This document shows, piece by piece, positions 58,738-64,000 of a stretch of DNA of 64,000 nucleotides; the first letter of the stretch is position 1, and each line of letters begins with the position of its first letter. The stretch comes from Ostreococcus lucimarinus (taxonomy: Eukaryota), in the NCBI GenBank assembly GCA_000092065.1, contig CP000594.1; one strand, 5' to 3'. Below the pieces are notes generated by a model that was given only the letters and a program-made list of their open reading frames with translations, had not been told where the DNA came from and ran no database searches. Position numbers and translations under genes: made by a program.

Positions 58738-60522
58738 CTACGCGCCGTTTAGACATCTACCGTGCACGCATTTCCCACCGACGTACGTGGCGACGATGTC
58801 GCTATCGCTAGAACTATCGAGAATTATAAAATCAGCGAACGCCCCGGGTGCCATAGTACCGACGAGACCGTCCAACGTGAGCGCGTGCGCGCCGCCGCGA
58901 GTGAACATCGTCGTCGCCTCCTCGGCCGTGAGACTTTGGCTCTCGTGTCCGTCTCCGCGCTCCACCGCCGCTCGCATGCCGGCGAAGACGTCAGCGCTGA
59001 CGATTGGCCAATCGCTACCGCCGGCAAGAGGCACGCCGTTTTCCAGAAATGTCCGCAAAGCGTAATATCTGCTCGCTCGTTCCTCGCCGAGCTTTTCCCC
59101 GGCGCTTCGCCCGTCGAGCGCTATTTGCGCAGGCTGCACGCTCGCCACCGCGCCGAGCCTCTTGAATCGTTTGGGTTGGCCATCGATTGGCGCCGTTAAG
59201 TGCTGCGAGTGCTCGATTCGAAATCTCCGCAGCGAACGCTCGCCGTTGGCGGCCTCGATCGAGGCTAGGAGCTCGAGCGCTTGTTCCACCGCGGCGTCTC
59301 CGATGGCGTGCACGGCGATCTGAAGACCCGCTGCGTCCGCGAGAGTGGCTTGCTTGCGCAAAATTTTCTCTCTTTTACCTCTGGGGTACATCAAATGTCC
59401 AGACGTCGACCCGTCGTCTAGATACGGCGCCATCATCGCCGCGGTTCGCCCGCCCAAGCTACCGTCGAGAAACGCCTTGACGCCGCCCAATCGAACCCGA
59501 GAAGCCGCGGTCTCATTCTCTCGCGTCCAACCACTGTTCCACGCGACGTGGGATTGAACGCTTGCCCAGTCCCCGAGTGGCATGTACGACGTGATGCGAA
59601 TCGGAAGGTCGCCGACCGCGTCCCATCGCTCGAGCGTCTCAAAATCTTCCCAGAGCTGCGCGTATCCATCCGCGCCCGCCACCAAGCTCTCGATGTCCCC
59701 GAAATCACCCACGGTCGTGATTCCTTTACTGAGTAAGTACTCAAACGCCCGTTTAAACGCTTCATCGCGCTCGCTCCGCGACCGCTTCGGCACCGCGTTC
59801 GACATCGCCGCCGTGGCCAACTCCTTTAGAATCCCAGTCGGCGCCCCCTCGTCGTCCAACTCCACGATCCCACCCGCGATCACCGTCTTCGCGCCCGTGA
59901 TCTTCGCGATTTCCAACGCCGCCTCGCTCGCGAATCCGACGTGTCCGCACGTCCGCGTGACCCACACCTTCGCTCCGACGAATCGTTCGTCGCCGCGCGT
60001 CCACGCGTTCGACGGCGTCTCGCCGCCCCACGACGTCTCGTCCCAACCGTGTCCCAGCACCCATTTTTCCTTCCCAGCGTCGATCGCTCGCGCGAGGGTC
60101 TCTATGAACTCTTCTTTGGACCGCACGCCTCGCAGATCGAGCGCGTCGAGCGCGAATCCGCCCGTGACGACGTGCGCGTGCGCGTCGACGAAGCCGCTTC
60201 GCAGCGCGCGCCCGCCGCAGTCCAACACGACGCCGAATCTCGTCGACGGAACGTCTTCGACGGCGATGATTCGCCCGTGTCGGGATACCGTGATGTCTTT
60301 GATCGCGCCCGCGTCGCCGACGGCGCAGTTCGCGAACGTGGTGACGTCGGCGTCGCGTTCGGCGTCGGTCGAGTGATGACGCGCGCGAGCTGGACCGGTG
60401 GTTTTAGCGCCGTAGCCGAGCGGGCAGGCGGAGAATCGAGCCTCGAACGCGGGCCAGGCGATCGCGAGGAGTGCGCTCGCGATTGCGAGGGCGAACGCGA
60501 CGTCGCGGGGGGTCCATCGCAT
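58738..60522 (-). CDS. Metal-dependent amidohydrolase (Amidohydro_3/YtcJ-like family) with N-terminal signal peptide
   Basis: MRWTPRDVAFALAIASALLAIAWPAF (signal). GFVDAHAHV (HxH metal motif), …AVHAIGD…, …IEHSQHL…, …AGGSDWPIV… are characteristic metal-ligand blocks. True ATG at 60520-60522. Confidence 0.85.
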   Translation of the reverse strand: MRWTPRDVAFALAIASALLAIAWPAFEARFSACPLGYGAKTTGPARARHHSTDAERDADVTTFANCAVGDAGAIKDITVSRHGRIIAVEDVPSTRFGVVLDCGGRALRSGFVDAHAHVVTGGFALDALDLRGVRSKEEFIETLARAIDAGKEKWVLGHGWDETSWGGETPSNAWTRGDERFVGAKVWVTRTCGHVGFASEAALEIAKITGAKTVIAGGIVELDDEGAPTGILKELATAAMSNAVPKRSRSERDEAFKRAFEYLLSKGITTVGDFGDIESLVAGADGYAQLWEDFETLERWDAVGDLPIRITSYMPLGDWASVQSHVAWNSGWTRENETAASRVRLGGVKAFLDGSLGGRTAAMMAPYLDDGSTSGHLMYPRGKREKILRKQATLADAAGLQIAVHAIGDAAVEQALELLASIEAANGERSLRRFRIEHSQHLTAPIDGQPKRFKRLGAVASVQPAQIALDGRSAGEKLGEERASRYYALRTFLENGVPLAGGSDWPIVSADVFAGMRAAVERGDGHESQSLTAEEATTMFTRGGAHALTLDGLVGTMAPGAFADFIILDSSSDSDIVATYVGGKCVHGRCLNGA

Positions 60523-60652
60523 GGCGCGGGAGCGCGCGCGAGGCGGACGCTGACGCGAGGAGCGGCGAGCGGGCGCGTGGCGGCGGCGGCGGTATGATTA
60601 CATGAATGCCTGCGTGCTGGACGATCGGTGGTCGTCGTGAACGCGAGACGCT

Positions 60653-61396
60653 CTATTTGTTGTTGCTTTCGGCTTCGGAAATTTTTCTGAGAGCCTCCTT
60701 TTGAGACGCGTCGAACGCGTGCTGCATGTCTCGCTCGTTCCAACGCAAACATCTTCGAAGCGAATTGATGAAATCGCCCGTTTGATCGGCGTAGTTGATG
60801 GTGGGAATCGGGTATTGGCTCATGCGGACGAACACGGAATCCCCGCTCTCGAGCTCGCAGCGATCGCGGCCGTCGAAGGAGACCCAGGCGGAACATCGAG
60901 CGTCTTGCGCAACGCGTAGCTCGATTTCGACGCTGTCGGGGAAAATGACGGGTCGGAAAGACAGCGTGTGTGGGCAAATCGGAGTCATCAAGATTGCTGG
61001 AACGTTCGGGTGCACCATCGAACCTCCAGCGGACACGCTGTAAGCAGTGGAACCGGTGGCGGTGGCGACAATGACGCCGTCGGCTTGAATAGTCGTGATG
61101 AGTTCTCCGCGATCGTACGCCTCAATTTGAGATAAATACGGACTTGGACCTCGATCAACGAGCAACTCATTCAAGACGGTGATCTTTTTCGTGAATTCGC
61201 CCGTTCCACCGCTTCCGATCTTGTCCTTTGCCTTGACCAGTGTACACTCGAGACGCATGCGAAGCGTAATCGGCACGCCTCCTTGGATGTTCACCACGGG
61301 CTTCCCTCGTCCGATGGATTGAAGCAAGCTCGAAGCCATTTCGTCCGATGGGTGGCTTGTCAAAAACCCGAGCGAGCCGAAATGGAACCCCGAGAA
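60653..61396 (-). CDS. NADK2: NAD kinase, C-terminal fragment (frame B), from FSGFHFGSLGFLT to the stop
   Basis: Track ORF 60653..61531 reads …QCRRFSGFHFGSLGFLTSHP…TLRMRLECT…TVLNELLVDRG…ADGVIVATATGSTAYSVSAGGSMVHP…ILMTPICPHTLSFRPVIF…, the NAD kinase C-terminal half (GSLGFLT, DGxxxxTxxGSTAYSxSAGG). Only the part from F46 matches NADK. Confidence 0.8.
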   Translation of the reverse strand, partial: FSGFHFGSLGFLTSHPSDEMASSLLQSIGRGKPVVNIQGGVPITLRMRLECTLVKAKDKIGSGGTGEFTKKITVLNELLVDRGPSPYLSQIEAYDRGELITTIQADGVIVATATGSTAYSVSAGGSMVHPNVPAILMTPICPHTLSFRPVIFPDSVEIELRVAQDARCSAWVSFDGRDRCELESGDSVFVRMSQYPIPTINYADQTGDFINSLRRCLRWNERDMQHAFDASQKEALRKISEAESNNK

Positions 61397-61397
61397 G

Positions 61398-63092
61398 CGG
61401 CGGCACTGGCCCTTGGAATAACTTGCTCGCGTGCAGGATGACGCCGTCACCGCCCAAACACACGATGATATCAGTTGTACCCCAGTCCTCTTGAGGGATG
61501 ATGCCGTCCACTTTGCGCAGTTTTTCGGCATTTTTTAAAACTACCGCTCTGTGCAGGGTGTCTTCGAGGATGTCTGCGTTCGCCAATTCATCCATGACGT
61601 CTTCGTCGAGGACGACGGTGATCCCCATCGTCATCATCGCGTGCGCGATCTCTATGAGTTCTGGCAGCAGGCCAAAGCCAATCTTCTTCAGTAAGAAAAC
61701 ACGCCGCGGTTGTTGACGCCATACCAATATCAATTGTTGCGTGCTCGGGTGAGATATCTTCAGTTCCCGGTTCTCGACGAGCTCGCGCGTGCACGAGAAA
61801 CCGTCGGTTCGAATTATGTACATATCCGGAGCGTCCGTCAGAGAGCTGTGTTCGCCAACGACAATTTCTTCCCCGTTTGCAGTACTATCGAATTCATGAT
61901 CCGCGATAAACTTTTCTCCGTTGAATGTCTTGTTATTCAACTTCGCGGCGTACTCGCGAACAAACGCCTCCTGTGCGATCGATCCGAAGTCGCACACGAG
62001 CGATTCAGCCGAGAGCGCCTCGTCGACGTCCATTCCTTGGTGCACACGCCAGCACGCGACGAGTGATCCGGTCCGTCCAATTCCAGCTTTACAGTGCACC
62101 AGGATCGGTCGCATCTTGTCATCGTTTACAGTCTCGATGAATCGTTTCACATCCTCCTCCGTCGGCGGCTCCATGTCGGGAATCGGTATGTGTACGATGT
62201 TGAGCGCGCTCGCGCCGAACGTCCCTTGGCCCGAGCCTCCCCCGAACGCTTGTAGCCACTGGTTATCTCTATCGCTCCCGCGCAAATCGATGACAGTTTT
62301 GAAGTTGTTGCGAACCAGCCAAGCTCGACCTTCCGCGGTGGGCTGCCCTCCTCGATAATACGCCGCAGCGCTCTCGTCGCCAACTTCGGTGACGATTTGC
62401 AAGTTTGGGATCGCCGTTCCGCTCGGCGCGTTCGGCGCGCGTAATCGCGGATGCACCAAGTCCAGCGACGCGCTTCGAAGCGCCTCGAAGCGATGCCGCA
62501 CCGTTACCGAGCATCCGCCGATCTCTTCGCACGACTGTTCCAGTATCACTCGCAACTCCCACAGCGCCGTGCGAAGACGCGACAACTCCTTACTTCGCAA
62601 GTTGTTACTGAACCTCCCGGCGACTTCCGCGGCGGACGCGTACACGACCATCCTCCCCAACGCCTCCGTCACCTCTCCCGAGCATGAAGCGAGCGTGTTA
62701 TTCGAAAAGTCCACCTCGCACTCCGCCGATAAGACGTCGGCGAACGACGCCAGCACCGCGCGTTCTAATTGCGCCGCCAACTGCGGCAACGGGACGTAAC
62801 TCTGATCCGAGGTCGAAGGAAACTCCACGACATCTCCCTTTTCCTGTTTCTTCGCCCCGGTATCGACCGACGGGAACATTTCAGACTCTGAAATCGCGCG
62901 TCGCTCGCCGCCGCCTCGACCTCGCGACGCGTCCCGCGCGTTCGGGCGCGCACCTCCGAAGGCCGAGCGCCGTCCGGGCAAATGCGCGCGCCGCGCCGTC
63001 ACTGTGCATACATTAGACCGTTCACGCGCGAGTTTCGTCGTCGACGACGCGCTGACGCGCGATGCCGCGGCGATCATCGTCCCGCTCGCCAT
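61398..63092 (-). CDS. NADK2: NAD kinase 2-type precursor, N-terminal fragment (frame A): transit peptide + PFA-DSP/Siw14-like phosphatase domain + first half of NADK domain up to GGDG…LFQGPVPP
   Basis: Track ORF 61167..63092 has true ATG MASGTMIAAASRV…, a phosphatase signature IPIPDMEPPTEEDVKRFIETV…ILVHCKAGIGRTGSLVACW (HCxxGxxRT), then …DIIVCLGGDGVILHASKLFQGPVPP. After that it decays into 76 nonsense codons (LLGVPFRLARVFDKPP…) while frame +1 carries the NADK continuation. Confidence 0.8.
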
Positions 63093-64000
63093 CCCTCGTC
63101 ACCGGGCGCCGCACACGATTCCCGCGCGCTCGCGCGTCCGCGGGACTCGCGAGACCTCGCGACGGGCGCGAACGATGCTCTCGCGCTCGTTCCACGCGCT
63201 CTTCCGGCGATCGCGGCGTGCGCGTGCGTCGACGCGCGCGCGTGTGCGCCCGGGCGCGACGCGACGGCGAAGCGCGAAAACGCCCTCGCGCGCGTCGCGA
63301 CGCCCAGCTTCGCGAAACCGAAACGTCCGAACCTTTAAGCGCCGTCATCGCAATCTACTCGAAGCACGATCAGTGTCGCGAACCACACCATCGATCGAAC
63401 GCGCGACGAGCACCGCTTCGCGAAACATGAAACCGATCGACCCACCGTCAGGTTCACGAACCTGCAAGCCCCGAACCCGCGCGCGGGTTCGATTCGACAT
63501 CAACGAACCTCGCGCGGTTCAGCGAACCTTCGATCGGGTGACAAAAATAGCATCCCGAATGATGCGCGCCATCGTGGATCGCGGAATGGATGTCCGATCG
63601 AAAAAATACGACCGCGATCCCACGGATGCGTGGGTGTGCGAACATCGATATCGATATCATCGATGACCGGGGTTTCGATCGTTTCGTCGCCCCGTCCGCG
63701 ATCGCGCGCGCGGGCCCGGTCGCGCGCGCGATTGCGATTACAAGGGGCCTCCCGACGCGTCGCATCGCGACGCGCGCACGCCATGGCCCTCTCTCTCGCG
63801 CAGGTCGCGCCCGCGGCGCAGGTGCGTCGCGTCTCGCACCGTCGCGCGCGTCGCGCGCGTCTCTCGGCGTCGCGAACGCGCGCGCGTCGTCGCGAACGGC
63901 GGCATCGCTCGGCATCGGATAGGATGGCCATCGGCGCGTCGTCGCGGGTCGACGCGCGACCGGGACGCGACGACGCGCGACGTCGACGGAGGGCGAGAGA

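Overview
This is a 64-kb, very GC-rich (~65%, CGCG-dominated) and extremely gene-dense nuclear eukaryotic segment, not a prokaryotic or phage locus. A Mamiellales green alga (Ostreococcus-like) is suggested by: the PSTALRE variant of CDKB; a fungal-type elongation factor 3; a plastid ATP/ADP translocator; a CYP97 carotenoid hydroxylase; short introns with GTGCGT/GTTAGT donors; and TGTAA-type poly(A) signals.

I can support about 37 protein-coding genes on both strands, most of them intronless. Several are head-to-head pairs with shared promoters of 0.5 kb or less, and several are tail-to-tail pairs whose stop codons lie under 100 bp apart. I found no rRNA, tRNA, CRISPR array or transposon.

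The points most worth a second look are:
- a chloroplast-type NAD kinase 2 (Siw14-like phosphatase domain plus NADK) whose reading frame is broken by a single +1 shift inside the catalytic domain;
- a fast-evolving ankyrin-like 27-residue tandem-repeat gene carrying nested microsatellites, sitting next to a RING/TRAF-type E3 ligase;
- a 3' intron in eEF3 that appends a lysine-rich tail;
- a two-copy ~109-bp tandem duplication carrying (GATC)n in a bidirectional promoter.

I see no single clearly novel multi-gene system; these are the best candidates I can support.

Caveats. Many long ORFs in the supplied track are arginine/alanine-rich antisense or GC-composition artefacts, and I rejected them. 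The track also labels non-ATG (GTG/TTG) codons as M, so I moved several CDS starts to the first in-frame ATG by codon arithmetic. My base-level reading of this repetitive GC-rich text can be off by 1-2 nt, so intron and repeat boundaries are approximate.
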